DNA of 64,000 bases from Rebecca billardiae RCC1528 (lineage: Eukaryota; Protista; Haptophyta), in NCBI GenBank assembly GCA_965240325.2, contig OZ251241.1:868001-932000 (forward strand), written 5' to 3'. The position numbers and the translations under genes are program-made. Shown here in pieces: positions 34,101 through 47,900 of the stretch (within the stretch, counting starts at the first letter, position 1; each line of letters starts with the position of its first letter). The notes under the pieces are model-generated. The model searched no databases and was not told the origin of the DNA. It worked only from the letters and a program-made list of their open reading frames with translations.

Positions 34101-35957
34101 ACAGGTGAAGGACAAAGTCGACGCGCGCCGTGTGCCGCCCGGCGGCGGGGCCGGAGCGGGCCACGCCCGGCCTGATGCGCTGGATCTGTACGGCGGCCTC
34201 GCGCCGCGCGAGGCCGAGCTGGCGCACGAGGAACGCGCAGACGTGCCGCGTGCTCACCGTTGCGTCGGACGGCGAGAGCACCACGGCGAACGACGTGTAC
34301 AGCTGCAGTCGGGACTCGAGCGCGCCGCCGCCACGCGCGTCGCGCCACGGCGCGCCGCCGCTGCCGGCGGCGCGGTCGGCGCTTGTCAAGTCTGCCTCCA
34401 CCTCGTGCTTGACGGCGGCGGCGACGACGGCGCGCGGGCGCGTGCGGTCGGCGGCGGTGGCGATGCTCACCGCGTACTCCGCCACGCGCGGCGCCTCGCC
34501 CTCGCCGCCGCCCCCGCCGCCGTCGCCGCCGCCGCCGCCGCCGCCCTCACCCTTCTCAGCCGCGTTGCTGCGGCTGCTCAGGAAAGCGCCAACTGCCGAG
34601 AGCGTGCCCGTTACGGAGGAGAGGGAGATGACGATGGTGGGCAGCGCGTCCGGCGCGTCCAGCACCTCGATCGCGAGGTACACCGCCGCGCCGAGCAGCA
34701 CGGCGGCGGTGGCGACGAGCAGCAGCACAAGGACGATTGCATCCGACGGGCGTGCGTGCAGCGCCTGACGTGCGGCCGCACGCGCGCGCACGGCAGTGGT
34801 GCCGAGCCCGTGCGCAAAGTTGGCCGCGGAGGTGGCGGAGGCGACCGGCGAGATGCGCGCGCGGAAGTCGAGCGCCGCCTCCGCGACGCGGCCCACCGGG
34901 TCGAGCGTGTTCTCCAGGCTCACGATCCCCTGCAGCTTACGCACGCCGCGTCGCGCCGCATAGTACCCGACGGAAGCAGCGCGCACCTCGTTGAGGGCGC
35001 GCGTGAGAACTGTCCCGACGTCTCGGCTGAGCGTGTCGCGCGTGGCCGCGCTCGCGTCGCGCCACGCCCACAGGGCGAGGCCGCCGCTCGCCGCCGCGCT
35101 GCGCTTGAACGCGTCGACGCGCGCGCGCACGCGGCGGCACGCCGCCTTGGACACGCGGCCGCGCGCCTCGCGCCGCCTCGCCGCCTCGGCGAGCAGCTCG
35201 CCAAAGGCCCCAAGCACCTCCGCGCAGCCGACGCCGAGCGCCGCTAGTAGCGAGGCCACTTCTGAATCTCGCGCGCCGAGATCGGCTGAATCTCGAGCGC
35301 CGAGATCGCCATCCGCGCCCGCGCGCGCGCGCGCGTCGGCGACGCCTGGCTCCGCGGCGGCGGGGCCGAGCTCCAGCGAGGTGAGTGCGCCAAGAGACGC
35401 GTGCAGGTGCGCCGCGCCGAGCACAGCGCCCGGCGTCTCCGCGGCGGCGACGCGCGCGAGGGCGGTCGCGAGCTGCGCGGAGCTCGGCCAGCCGCCCGCG
35501 GGCGCGAGCCCAAGCCGATTCATCGCCTCCTCGGGGTACGCGTTCTCGAGCTCGGCGGCCGCCTCGTCGTCGAGCGCCGCGCCGTGCACGAACAGCCCGA
35601 GGCCGAGCGCGCGCAGCTGGCGCAGCAGCAGGTCCCCGCGCACCCAGCGGTCCACCCGGCCCAGGAGGCGCGCGCTGTGCGCCGCGTGCGTGTGCTGCCG
35701 CGCCGCGCCGGCGCCGGCGCCGAGCGCCGCGGCCGCCGCGCCCTCCGCCGCGCTCGCAACGATCGCGGGTACGGCGGGCCTGAGCTGGTACGCGGACGCG
35801 GTGCTGGGCATCGACTTGGCCGCCGACGCCGCCACCGGCGGGAGCCGCGGCGCGTGCCCCTGCGCCGCGCGCCTCGCCGCCGCGCCCGGCGTGTCTAGCA
35901 GCAGCCCTGTGACATCCTTGACCGGTCTCGCCTCCTCCTCCGCGCCCTCCTCCTCCG

Positions 35958-35989
<32 letters not shown>

Positions 35990-38900
35990 TCCGCGCCGTC
36001 GTCGTCCGCGCCGTCAGCCTCCGTGTGCGCGTCGGCGTCGGGCGCGCACTGCCGCTGCAGCTCGGCCTCGGACGCGCGCAGCCGCGCCTCCGCCTCGCGC
36101 CCCACCGCGCCCTCGATGAAGAGCGCCGCGCCGTCTGCGATCGCGTCGGTGCGCGAGACCTGGCACACGCGCCGCACCCACTTGACGCACGCGGCGTGAA
36201 CAAGGCGGCCGAGCGCGTCGTGTGCCTCGAGCTCAAAGCAGTCGGCCGCGTCGAGCGCCGACGCGCCCAGCGGCGCCTCGCGGCGCTCGTCGGCGACGGG
36301 GGCGAAGGCGACGTTGGCGGGCGAGTCGGCGGCACCGAGCGCGAGCGCGCGCGGCTGCGGAGGCGAAGGCGGAGGCGTCGCGGGAGGCGGCGGGAGCTCG
36401 GCCGCGCCGGCGGCCTCCACCAGGTTCGACGGCTCCTTGCGCGGCGTCGCGCTCTGCCCGCTCGGCGGCGCCGCCGCCGCCGCCGCCGCCGCCTCCGCCG
36501 CGCGCCGCGCCGCCGCCGCCGCCGCCTCCGCCTCCGCCTCCGTCGGCAGGTTCGCGCGCAGGACAGTCGTGATCGCGCCCAGCTCGGCGAGCGCGCGCAG
36601 CGGCCGCGAGTGCGCCTGCACGACCTGCTGCACGATGGACGCCGCCTCCTCCGCCACGCGCTCACTCAGCAGCGCCGTGGACAGCCCGCCCGCCGCGCCC
36701 GCCGCGTGCTCCGGGTCACAGCCCGCCAGGAAGTCCGCAAACGCCTTGAGCGCCTGGGCCGCCGAGTCTCCCACGGCGGGGACAGTAGCGACGGCCATCC
36801 CGACCGCCTCGTCGCGCACGAGCGACAGCGGCACCTCGGTCGCCTGCCGCAGCAGCCGCACGGCCGCGCACGCCTTGTCCAACTCGTGCAGCACCGCCGC
36901 CAGGTCCTTCGCCGGCTCGGCGAGGTCCGCCACGTTGCTGTTCGCCGCGGCGGCGAGCGCGGCGCCGCAGCCCGAGAGCAGGTCGCGCGTCGTGTCCGCC
37001 TCGGCCAGGGCCGTCTCTGCGCCGTTGGCCGCCGCGTTCTGCGCCGCGACGTGCTCGGCGAGGCCGTCGACCGCGCCGGACGCGCGCGCGGCCACAGAGT
37101 TGAGCGCGCCCCCCGCCGCGGCCGCCGCGCGCCGCGCGCCGCCGCCCGCCTTGCTCGCGGCGCCCGCGGCGCCGAGCATGCCCGCCGCGGCCGCACGCGG
37201 GTCCGCGCCACCAAGCGTAGCGTTCAGCTCGCCCATCAGCTCGTCGACGGACGCGTCGACGACGCCGGCGACGCCTGTGGTCTGGGTGCCGCCGGCGAAC
37301 GCGACGAGCGCGAGCGCCACCACGGGCAGCGCGTACACCTCGAGGATCTGCGCGGTCACGTCGCGCCGCACGATGGCGGCCAGCAACACCGACTCTGCCG
37401 TGTAGATGAGAAAGGACAGGTCAGCGATCAGCACGAGGCGCGCCAGCAGGGCGAGCGCGCGCTGCGCGGCGTGCGCGCGGCCGAGGTCGGCGCGGGTCGC
37501 GCGCACGCCGAGCGGGCCGGGCGTGCGGTGCGCAACCATCTCCACCGTCGCGAGCAGCAGGTACGCCGCGCCGAGCCCGAGGCAGCCGTAGGCGACGCCG
37601 CCGAGCGCGGACTGACAGCTCGCACTCGCCTGCCAGCACGGGCGCGACGCCTGCACAAACGCCACGCGATAGACGGTGACGATCAGGGGCGCGACGAAGA
37701 GAACGTGGGCGAGCGGCGCAAGCGCCGCGGGCATCACGCGCCGGCCGAGCGCGTGCAGCAGCGGCGTCACCCACGTCGTCAGCGGGCCGAGCTCCTGCCC
37801 GAGCCGCTCAAGCTCGGTGGCGCGCTCGGCGGGCAGCAAGGAGGTGGCCGAGGGCAGCAGCCGCGCGCCGTGCCGGCTGAGCAGTGAGAAGAGCGCGTCC
37901 GCCGGGTTGAACGCGCGCACAAAGTGCTCGAGCGCGAACGCCGTGCCGCAGTACCGGGCGAGCATCGCCTCGACGAGCTCGGGCGCGCCGCGCGCGTCGG
38001 CGTGCCACCCGCCGCGCTCGGCGTCCGCCTCGGCGGCGCGGACGGTGAGCACGGCCGCGGCGAGTAGCTCGGACAGAGCCACGTGCCGCAGCGGCGGCGG
38101 CGCGAGCGGCGGCACCGTCGGCGGCGCGTCCGCGAGGCGCAGCACATCCGAGACGTCGCCGAACAGCACCGAGTGCGGGCAGAAGAGCTTGCGCCCGACG
38201 CGCACCAGATACACGCCGGGCAGCCGGTGCGTGCGCACGCACACGCGCGCGAGCGCGCGCCACTGCTTGTTCGAGTCTGTCACGCGCTTCGGCCGCGTCG
38301 CCATCGGCAGCGAGGCGAGCAAGGCGGGGCGCAGCCCGGCGGCGCTCGCGCCGCCGAGCCCGTCGGCGTCGCCCTCCTCCTCGTCCTCCTCCTCGTCCTC
38401 CGCCCCGCCCACCACGCCGTACGAACGGCGCTGCGGCACGACGATGCCACCGGTCAGCGGCCCGCGCCAGCCGGGCCACCTCCGCCGCCCCGCGCCGCTC
38501 GGACCGCCCTCGGCGCGGCCGCGCGACGTCGGCGCTGCGTCCGCGTCGTCGCCCTGCGCCGACGCAGCGGCACCGCCGAGGCCTGCGCCGCGCGCGCGCG
38601 CGTCCTCCGGGCTGCCGCGCGCCGAGGGCGAGGGCGCCACGGTGCCGCGCGCGCGCGCGTCCTCGCGCACTCGCGCGGCGTACGCGTCAATCGTTCGGCT
38701 GACGAGTGTGCACAGCCTGGGCTCGAGGAAAACGAGCTCCGCGTCCGGCCCAAGAGCCGGGAGCGGGAGCGCGCCCGCGCCGTGCAGGCGCATCAGCCGC
38801 GCGCGCATCGCGCCGCGCACGGGGCGCACGAGGATCGCGCCGGCGGCGCGCATCACGCGGCCGTGCACGGCGAGGGCAATCAACAGCGCGAGCCCGAGCG

Positions 38901-41900
38901 CGGCGACGACCGTCGTGACCACCGCGGACGAACGGCCCGAGCCGTCGGCGGCGTCCATGCTGATGGGCTCGGACGCGGGGCCGTCGTGCACGTAGCTCGC
39001 GTACTGGCGGAGCGGGAACGCCAGGTCGATCATCTCGTCGGTCGCGACGAGCAGCCCGTCGAACCCGAGCAGCAGAAAGTAAACCGCGTCGAAGCGCTCC
39101 GGCCGCACCGGCCGCATGAACGTGAAACGCCGGTCGGTCGAAAATCCGGCGTCGAAGGAGATGCCGGCGAGGACGAGCGCCCACCACGCGCACGCGGCCC
39201 AGTGCGTGAGGAGCGTGCGCGCGGCGGACTTGGCGCCCTCGCGCCACGTGGCTGGCTCTTTGGCGTCCGAGTCGTCGCGGCCGACGACGAAGCTCACGCG
39301 CTGCACCGGGTGCGGCGCGAGAGGCCCGGCGCGCGCCCACACCACCTGCACACTCAGTCCGCCTACGCTGAGGAGCGGCCGCGGCCGGAGGCGCGCGTCG
39401 GCCGTGGAGCCCTCCGACGACGCCGCCGACGCGTCGGAGCGCAGGCTGGCCGCGGCGAGGTTGGCGACGCCGTCGGTCACCCTGTCGGCGAGCAGGGACA
39501 CCGCGCTCTGCGCGTGCGCGTGCAGCGCGCGCAGCCTGTCCGCGTCGTCCGCGCCCGGCTGCACGCACAGAAGCGTGTCCGCCCCCGCGCGGTGGGTCGC
39601 GCCGTCCGCGGGCATGCCGCGCGTGCGCAGCTCGGCGCCGAGCGAGTGGTGCGCACGCTGCAGCGGCGTCAGGCCGATCGCAAGCGTGTGCGACAGCCAG
39701 ATGCCCTCCACGCCGCTGCTCCCCGCCGGGATCGCCGCCGCGCCGACCGCGCCGCGCGCCGACCGCGGCCGCGCGCCGCAGCACGACAGCGGGAGCATCC
39801 AGCGGCGGCGCGGCGGCGGGGCGGCGGGCTCGGCGCGGCCGGCGAGGCGCCCGAGCAGCCACACGCGCGTGCTCGTCGCGACGAAGCGCTGCGTGTCCCC
39901 CGCGCGCAGCAGCAGAGCGCCGCTCTCCCGATTCTCCGCCTCAAGCACAACGCTGCTGCCGCCGCCGCGCTCCAGCCAAGAGCCTCCGCCGCTGCCGCCG
40001 CCGCCGCCGTCGGCGTCGGCGGACGCGGCGTCGGTGCCGTCGGCGGGGCCGCCGCCGCCCTCGTGGCGCAGCTCGGTCAGCGCGTGCACGCCGTCCTCCG
40101 GCTGCCGCAGCTCCGACGTGCCCCCTCCGTTCTCGACGTCGTGCAGCTTCCGCGCGCGCCACTCGGCGAGTGTGCGCGCCACGGCGCGGCCGGTTGGCTC
40201 CTCCGAGGCGGGCTCGCCCGCGGCGACTGGCGCGCCGCTGGCGGGCGCCTCGGCGCCGGCCTCGGCGAGCGGCACGCCGCGCGCGCGGCGCACGCCCTGC
40301 GCGTCCGCCGGCAGCGGCGCGTCGTACGCGCGCGCGCAGCGCCACACCAGCAGCGTCGGCTCTCCGCCGATGCGGCCGTCCCGCCCCTGCGCCCCGCCGT
40401 CGTCGTCGTCGTCGTCCGCGCCCGCCGCGACGACTTCTGCCAGCGCGGCCTCGCCCTGCCAGATGAGCAGCCAGCGGCGCTCCTTGAGGAGGGTCTCGAG
40501 CGGGCGCTGCAGCAGGCGGCGCAGCGGCGTGGCGAGCGGCGCGTCCCGCACGCCCGCGCCGAGCACCAGCACGCGCGGCGCGGCGAGCACGAGGGCGCAC
40601 TTCTCCTCGCGCGCGCGCGGCGCGCGCGGCAGCAGCGCGCGCGCGCGGCGCGCGGACGTTGCCCCTGGCTGCTGCGCGGCGCGCGCGGCCTTCTTGTCGG
40701 CGTCGGTCCACACCGAGGCGAAGAGCAGGGCCGCGCCGCGCTCGTCCGCGTCGGCGGCGGCGCCCTCCTCCGGCGCAGGCGCGCCGCCGTCGCCCACGTC
40801 GCGGCCGTTGTCGGCCGCGCCGCCGCGCTCGGCGGCCGCGCCGCTCGGGGCGGCCGCGGCCTCGTCGCTCCAGCGCGGCGCGAGCGCACCGCCGCCACCG
40901 CCGCCGGGCGCGGGCGCGGCGCACGCGCGGAGCGCGCTCTCCCACGCCGAGCCGACGTAGTGCGCGTGCCAGTACACGCCTTCCTCGTGCAGCTTGAAGG
41001 TCGCCTCGAGGTCGATGCGCTTCCGGATCGAGCGGTCCGCGCCGCTGGGTGGCGCGCCGAGCGCGAGTGCAACAGCGGCGGTCGCGCACGTTGCAAAGCC
41101 AAGTGTCAGCAGCAGGACCGGCAGGAGCCACAGCGTGAGGTAGGCGGCGGTGCCGAAGCTGCCGGCGTCGAGCGGCGGCGGCGCGTTCGGAGGCGGGGTG
41201 CCAGGCGCGGGCGGCGAGGGCGGCGGCGAGGGCGGCGGCGGCGGCGCGGGCGGCGGCGCGTTGGGCGGCGGCGAGGGCGAGGGCGAGGGGGCGGGCGGCG
41301 GCGAGGGCGGCGGCGCGGGCGGCGCGGATGGTGGCGCGCTCGGCGGCTCAGACGGCGGCGGCGGCAGCGGCGGCGGCGCCGAGGGCGGCGCGGAGGGCGG
41401 CGGGCGTGGCGGCGGCGACGGCGGCGGCGGCTCGGGCACTGTGAGTGTATCCAGCGTCGGCGGGATCACAACAGTCAGCAGCCCAGCGCCCGAGCCATCG
41501 GCGCCGCCGCCGCCGCCGCCGCTGCCGCCCTGCGCGGGCGGCAGCAGCTGCTGTGCCCACCAGGCCTCCGCGCCGCTGAGCTGCAGCTGCCGGCGCGAGC
41601 GCCGTCCGCGTCGGCGCCCCAGCTCGTCCCCGCCGCCGAGCGCGCGCAGCGCGAACGACACGTTCACGTCGCCCTCCTCCCAGCCCCCCTCCGGGTGCAG
41701 CGCCACGGCGAACTCGCCCGGCGCTGTCTGCTCGGCAAGCACCGCGATGACGGAGGGAGCGGCGCCGCCCGAGGGGAGCGTGGCCGCGGCGGGCTTGCCG
41801 ACGAGGACGCGCGGCGCGGTGGCCGGCGTGGTGGCGCCGGCCTCCAGCGCGAGGCGCACGACCACCTCCGTGTGCAGGCCCGCCGGCGCGCCGTCGCGGA

Positions 41901-44900
41901 ACGCCACCGCCGCGCGCACGAGCAGGTCCCCTTTCGACGAAGCGGAGACACAGCCCACTTGCACGTTGCCAACTGTCACGTCGCTCAGGAAGCGCATTCG
42001 GTTCGACGCGATGGCGTGGAGGTAGAGAGCGTCGGCGAGGGCGAGGGCGCCGTCGCGTGTCGCGTCGAGCCGCGCCGCGCACGGCAGCGCCGACGCCGGC
42101 GCGCCGAGGGCGACCCGCTCCGCGAGCAGCACGTCGTACGACGTGAAGGCGCAGTCGCCGTCGCCGTCGCCGAGCACGGCAGGCGCGCAGCAGCCGAGCG
42201 GCGCGCGCGGCGCGCACGGGTCGGCGGGCGCGAGGACGTCGGCGTCGGCGGCGTCGTCGAGCTCCCACAGCGTGTCGGCCGCGTGCGCGGCGCACGCCGC
42301 TACGCCTGCCGGCCCGACGCGCGCGCGGCGCGCGCGGCACTCCGCCCCCCAAACCAACTCCACAGCCACGCCGTGCGCGCTCGCCGCCCAGCCCACCAGC
42401 GCGGTGCCATTCGCGGCGGCGGCGCCGGCGGCGGTGTCGGCGTCGCGCGGCGCAAAGACGACGGTGGCGAGGCGCACGAGCCGGCCGGGCGCGGCGGCGC
42501 CGCCGTCGGCGCCGTCCGCCGAGATCCCATCCGCGCCGCCGGCGATGACCAGCCGGCCCGGAAACGCATGGTCGGGCGCGCACAGCGCGTGCGACACGCG
42601 CGCGGCCGGCGCGCACGAGCTCACGCGAAGCACGTCGGCGTTGTAAGCAATTTCGAGTTGGTACAGCCGGAGCGGCGTGGCGCCGACGTGCGCCCAGAAG
42701 CTGAGCTCGGCGGCCTCGCCGCCGTCGAGCAGCCGCACCGGCGGCACGCACGCGAGCGCGCCCTCGCCCTCGCCCTCCGCGCCGAAGCCCACGCCGATGC
42801 GGCCGAGCGGCGGCGTCGCAACGACGGCAGCGAGCGTCGCGCGCGCGATGACGGCGGTTGAGCACGTGACGCGCGCGCTCAGCTCGACGGCGGCGGCGTG
42901 CGTGTCCAGCAGCTCGACGGTGCCGTCGCCCGCGCTCACGTTCACCGCGCACGGCGCGGACGAGCCGTACGCGAACGCGCCCGCCAGCGCGCCATGCGCC
43001 GCCGTCGACACCATCGTGCCGTCAGCAAACGTCGCCAGCAGCTCCAGACGCCCGAGCGTGGCGCGCGGCGCGCCGCACAGCGCGCCCGGCGTGGCGCGCG
43101 CGCGCACCGAGGCGACGCCGAGCGGCTCGGCGGCGGAGGGCTCGACGGCGAGCTCGGCGAGCGCGCCGCGCCACGCCGCGCGCACGCGCGCGCTGCCCGG
43201 CGACACGCCGTCCACGACGAGCACGCTCACGCCGCCGCCGGCCGCACCGAGCGCGCGCGCGGCCGCGACCGCGGGCGCAGAGCTCGTCGTGTTGAGCTCG
43301 GCGGCGGGGACGTCGGCCCAGGGCGCGGCGGGGTGCGCGCGCGCGCGCACGCGCAGCACGGCGCGCTCGAACGGGCCGTCCGCGCACGCGAGCCTGCGCA
43401 GCACCAGCGTCTCCGCCGGCGTCGGCGACGCCTCGTCCACGTCGGCCGCGGCCGCGACGGCGGCGTCGGCCGCGGCCGCGTCGGCGGCCGCATCGTATGC
43501 CGGCAGAAGCGTCAGGGCGAGCTCGGGCACGGCGGGCGCGATGGGCAGCGTCGCGCGCGCGGAGAGGCCGCTCGGCGCGTGCGTTGCGACGAGGCGCACG
43601 TCGCCCCGCACCGCCGGGTCCGCGCACGCCGCGCCGAGCGCGCCGGACGGCGGCAGCTCGACGCGCGCCGCGGCGGAGTCGGGAGCGGCGGGCGAGCCGG
43701 CAAAAGCGGGCGGCGCGCGCGCGACGGGCGCGGCGAGCGCGGCGCAGCCGGCGTCGACGCCGTCGCCCTCGAGCGAGACGGCGACGCCCGCCGCGCTCGA
43801 GACGTCGACGACGCTGCCGTCCGCGTACACCAGCTCCACCGCCACCTCCACCGAGTCTGGCAGCCCGAGCGGCGGCGCCGCGGCGGGCTCGCTCCCGAAC
43901 GCGAGCGCGGCCGCGCCGCGCAGACGCACCCGTAGCTCGGCCAGGGGCGCGCGCGGCGTGTCCACGCGGGCGAGGGCGAAGCCCTCCCACGCGGCGGCGG
44001 GCCCCGCGCCGCACGGGTCCCAGAGCACGCGCACGAGCTCGCCGCACGCCGGCGCCGCCGTGGACTCGTCCAGCACCACGCCCGTGCCGTTGGCCACGAC
44101 GCTGAGCCCTGCGTGCGCGGAGAAGGTGCCGCCGAGCGCGGCGGCGGCGGCCGCGCCCGCGCGCGGCAGCTCAGCGACGCTGCCGTCGTCGAAGGTGGCG
44201 AAGGCGATGATCGCGGCGGTGTCGCCCTCGCGCGCCAGGGTCTGCGTCAGCCCGAGCGTGCCGCTCGTGTTCGAGCCGCCGCCGGGCGCCACCTCGCTCG
44301 CCCAGAACGCACCGCTCACCGCATAGCCCTCGACAGCTGTCACGGCGGCCATGCTGTCTGACACGCGCACAAGAACGGACGCGTTCAGCGCGGCGATGCC
44401 GCCGTTGAGCGGGCGCACGGTGGCGACGCCCGGCGCGACGCCGCGGAGCCACCCGCCCGCCTCGACCGCGACGACGCCCGCGTCGTCCGAGCCCAGCACG
44501 AACGCGTCCGTCGCGTCGACGACGCCCCACGGCAGGTCGGCGCGCACACGCACGCGCGCGGGCTGGTAGACGCCGGCCGCGGCGCACACGCGGCCGAGCG
44601 TGCCGTCGGCGTCGGAGAGCTCGAGGCGGACGGCGGCGGGCACGGCGAGGGCGAAGGCGAGCTCAGTGCTTACCCGCCCGCCATCCGCGCGGAGCAGCAC
44701 GCGCGCCACCGGCGCCGCCGCCGCCGCGTCGATCTCGTCGCCGAGCTCGAGATTGCAATCTGAGCCGACGCGCACGGAGCGCGCGCTCGCGCCGTCGGCA
44801 GCGACGCACGTCGCGTCGGCGGCGAGGGCGATGGGCTCGTGCGGCGCGTCGCTCAGCGCGAGCGCGCGCGCGCGCAGTGGCACCGCCGCGCGCTCGCCGA

Positions 44901-47900
44901 AGAGTGGCGCGCCATTCACGAGCGGGCGCGGCGCGGCCGTGCCGCACGCGCCACCTCCGTCGACGTCGGCGGCGGCGGCGGCGCCGCCGCCGCCGGCGGC
45001 CGCCGCCGCCGTGCTGTTGCCGTCGGCCAGAGGCAGCGGCAGCAGCGCCGCGAGCTGCGCGCGCACGAGCTGCACGCCCGCCGCGCGATCGTGCGCCCAC
45101 GCGCCCGCGCTCTCCGCGTCCGCCACCGCGGCGCGCGGCGCGTCGCACTCGAGCGCCGCCGCAAGAGCGCTGAGCATGGCGCCACACGACGCGCCGAGCG
45201 CGCCGCCCGCCCAGCCGGCCGCCGCGTCCGGACTCGAGCGAAGCGTGACCTGTGCGAGGACAACCTCGCCCTCGTCGGCGGCGTCGGCTTCGTCGGCGAG
45301 CGCGAGGCTTGGCTCGGTCTGCGCCGCGACGCTCGCCAGCGCGAAGCTGCCGTTGCCCAGCGCGCGCACCGCGGGCGCGCGCAGCAGGCCCTCGTCCGAG
45401 CCCTCCGGCGGGCCTCCGACTCCGAGTAGCTCAAACGCCGCGCCGACCAAGATGTTTGCGTGCCACGCGCCGACGCCGCTCGGCGCGCGCGCGGAGATGC
45501 GCACGACGAACGGCTCGGACACGCGCACCGGCGCGCGCGGCGCGCGCAGCAGCAGACGCACGCCGCCGCCCGGCGCGCCCGCGTCCATGGCGGCGGGCGC
45601 AGCCGGTGCGGCCACGAGTGTCGCGCGCGCCTCGGCCGCGGCGCCACTGCCCGCGCGCGCGCTCACGACCAGCTGGCGCGCGCTCTCATTGCCGAACCAG
45701 CCGCGCGGCACGGCGGCCTCGCATTCGGCGAGGCCGGCGCACGCCCACTCCGCGTGCGCCGCGCACGCCAGCACGAGCGTGCCCTCCGCCTCCGCGCCGG
45801 CCGCGCCCGCCGCGCCGACCGGCCGCGCCGTCACGTTGAGCGCCACGCCGCCGCCGGCCTCGGCCGCCGCCCACGGCAGCGGTTCGCCCGAGCTGTCTCG
45901 GAGCTGCAGCGCAATGGAGAGGGTTGGGCGGTCGGCGTGGAGGAGCGGCGTGCGCAGCGCGAGCCCGAGCGTCGACACGCCCCGCACCTCCGCCGCCGCG
46001 GCCGCCGCGGCCGCCGCCGCGACCGCCGCCGCGCCCGTCATCCCAACCCCAACTCCGCCGCTCTCTGCCAGCGCGGACGACGCGGCTCGGCCCAGCGCGC
46101 CGCCGAGCGCGCCGCGCAGCGCGGCCGCGCCGCCGCGCAGCGAGTAGGTGCTCGGCGCGCCGGCGTCGGCGAGCGCCACCCAGCCGCCGCGCTCGGCGCC
46201 GAGCGCGCTCTGCTGCGCGACGAGGGCGCGCGCCGCGCCCGCCGTGAGCAGCTCAGGCTGTGCGCACGCGAGCGGCGGTGGGCTCGGCGGCGCGGGCGGC
46301 GGGCTCGGCGGGCTCGGCGGCGGCGCGGACGGCGGCGGGCTCGACGGCGGCGGGCTCGGCGGCGGCGAGGGCGGCGGGCTCGGCGGCGGCGGGCTCGGCG
46401 GCGGGCTCGGCGGGCGCGCCGGCGGCGGGCTCGGCGGCGGGCTCGGCGGCGCGCTCGGCGGCGGCGGGCTCGGCGGCGGGCTCGGCGGTGGCGCAAACAC
46501 CTGGATTGAGATCCCTTCGAGCTTCTCAAAAGAATCGACGCCAAGGTCGGTATGCGGCGGCGCGCTCAGCCCCTTGAACGCGCGCAGCCCGACATTGTCC
46601 GCGAAGCGGCCGAGCTCCTCCGCGCGGTTGAGCCGCTCCACGCCCACCGCCGCGCTGATCGCGCCGCCCACGCGCGGCCAGCCGCCAGCGGGCGCCGCGA
46701 CGCGCACCACGAAAAGCCCGCCGCCCGCGTGCTCGGCGCGCGCCACCCAGTGTCCAGCAGAGGACTCGCCGCCGGCCCACGTCTCGCCCGCCTCGTACGG
46801 CGGCGAGCCGAGCTCGGCGTACCCCACGTCGAGCTCGAAGAGCACCACCGCCTCGGCGTCGAGCGTCGCGTCGTCCGACACCGGCTCGCGGTTGTAGTAA
46901 GACTCGAGACGCGCCGAGAGCTCGAGCGCCGAGCTGCCGCCGAGACCGAGCGTCGGCGGGCTCACGGAGGCGTCGGCGAGGAAGTGTAGTCGGTTGAGCA
47001 ACACGTCGCGGAGGAACTGCTCGTTCGCCGCGACGGGCGTCGCGCTCTGCCACTCCGCGCCCTCGGGCGTGCGCAGCGCCGGGTCCGTCTGCAGCCGGTC
47101 CCACTCGCACAGCGCCGAGCGATCCACCGGGAACGCTGACGGCACGCCGGCCTCGAGCGCCGCCAGGTGGAGGCGGAGGCGGGTGAAGGCCAGGAGGTCG
47201 CGCGCGGACGCGACGCCGTCGCCGTCGAGGTCGCCGCGCACGCGCAGCGCGCAGCACTCGCCGAGGCCGCACTCCTGCGCGCGCCGGCCGCGCGCCGCCG
47301 CCGCCGCGCGCTCCGCCGCCGCGCTGCGCGCCGCGCGCCACGCGGGCGCGGGCGCGGCGGCGGCTCTCCTGCGCGCGCGCGGCCGCAGGCTAAGCCGCTG
47401 CGTCAGCGAGCGCCGCCGCCGCCCGCCGCCCACGAGCGCGCACGTCTCGCCCGCGACGGCGGCGGTGGCCTGCACCGACGCGCCCGACGCGGTGAGCAGG
47501 TCGTCGATCGTCGCGCCGATCCTCGCCGCGCTCTCCGCACCCACGCCGCCGTTGACCGTGAGCACCACCGTGACGAGCGTGCCGCCCGCAAACGTCGACT
47601 CGGGGTCAGACGCGAGCACGTACACACGGTCCGATTGTCCCTGGCAGGAGACGCCCATCTGCGGGGAGACGCCGACGCACGTGTCGGCGCGGCGGTACGA
47701 GAGCACCGACGGGTCGAACTCGACGAACAGGCCGAACGCGCGCAGCGCCGAGCCGCCCGTGTTCACGCGCACCGCCACGCGCAGCTCGGCGCCCGCCGCG
47801 GCCGAGCCGGGCGTAAACGGCAGCGTGCCGGAGGCGTGCGCGCCAAGGTCGACGTCCAGCGCGGCGGGGTTGAGGTTGGTGCCGAGCAGCGCGGTCGCGC

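Noticed and set aside
38083-42861. 1592-aa plus-strand ORF and the many other long Arg/Ala/Gly-rich overlapping ORFs
   Set aside because: These are shadow frames of real GC-rich genes, where stop codons are rare, and they show no domain-like sequence.
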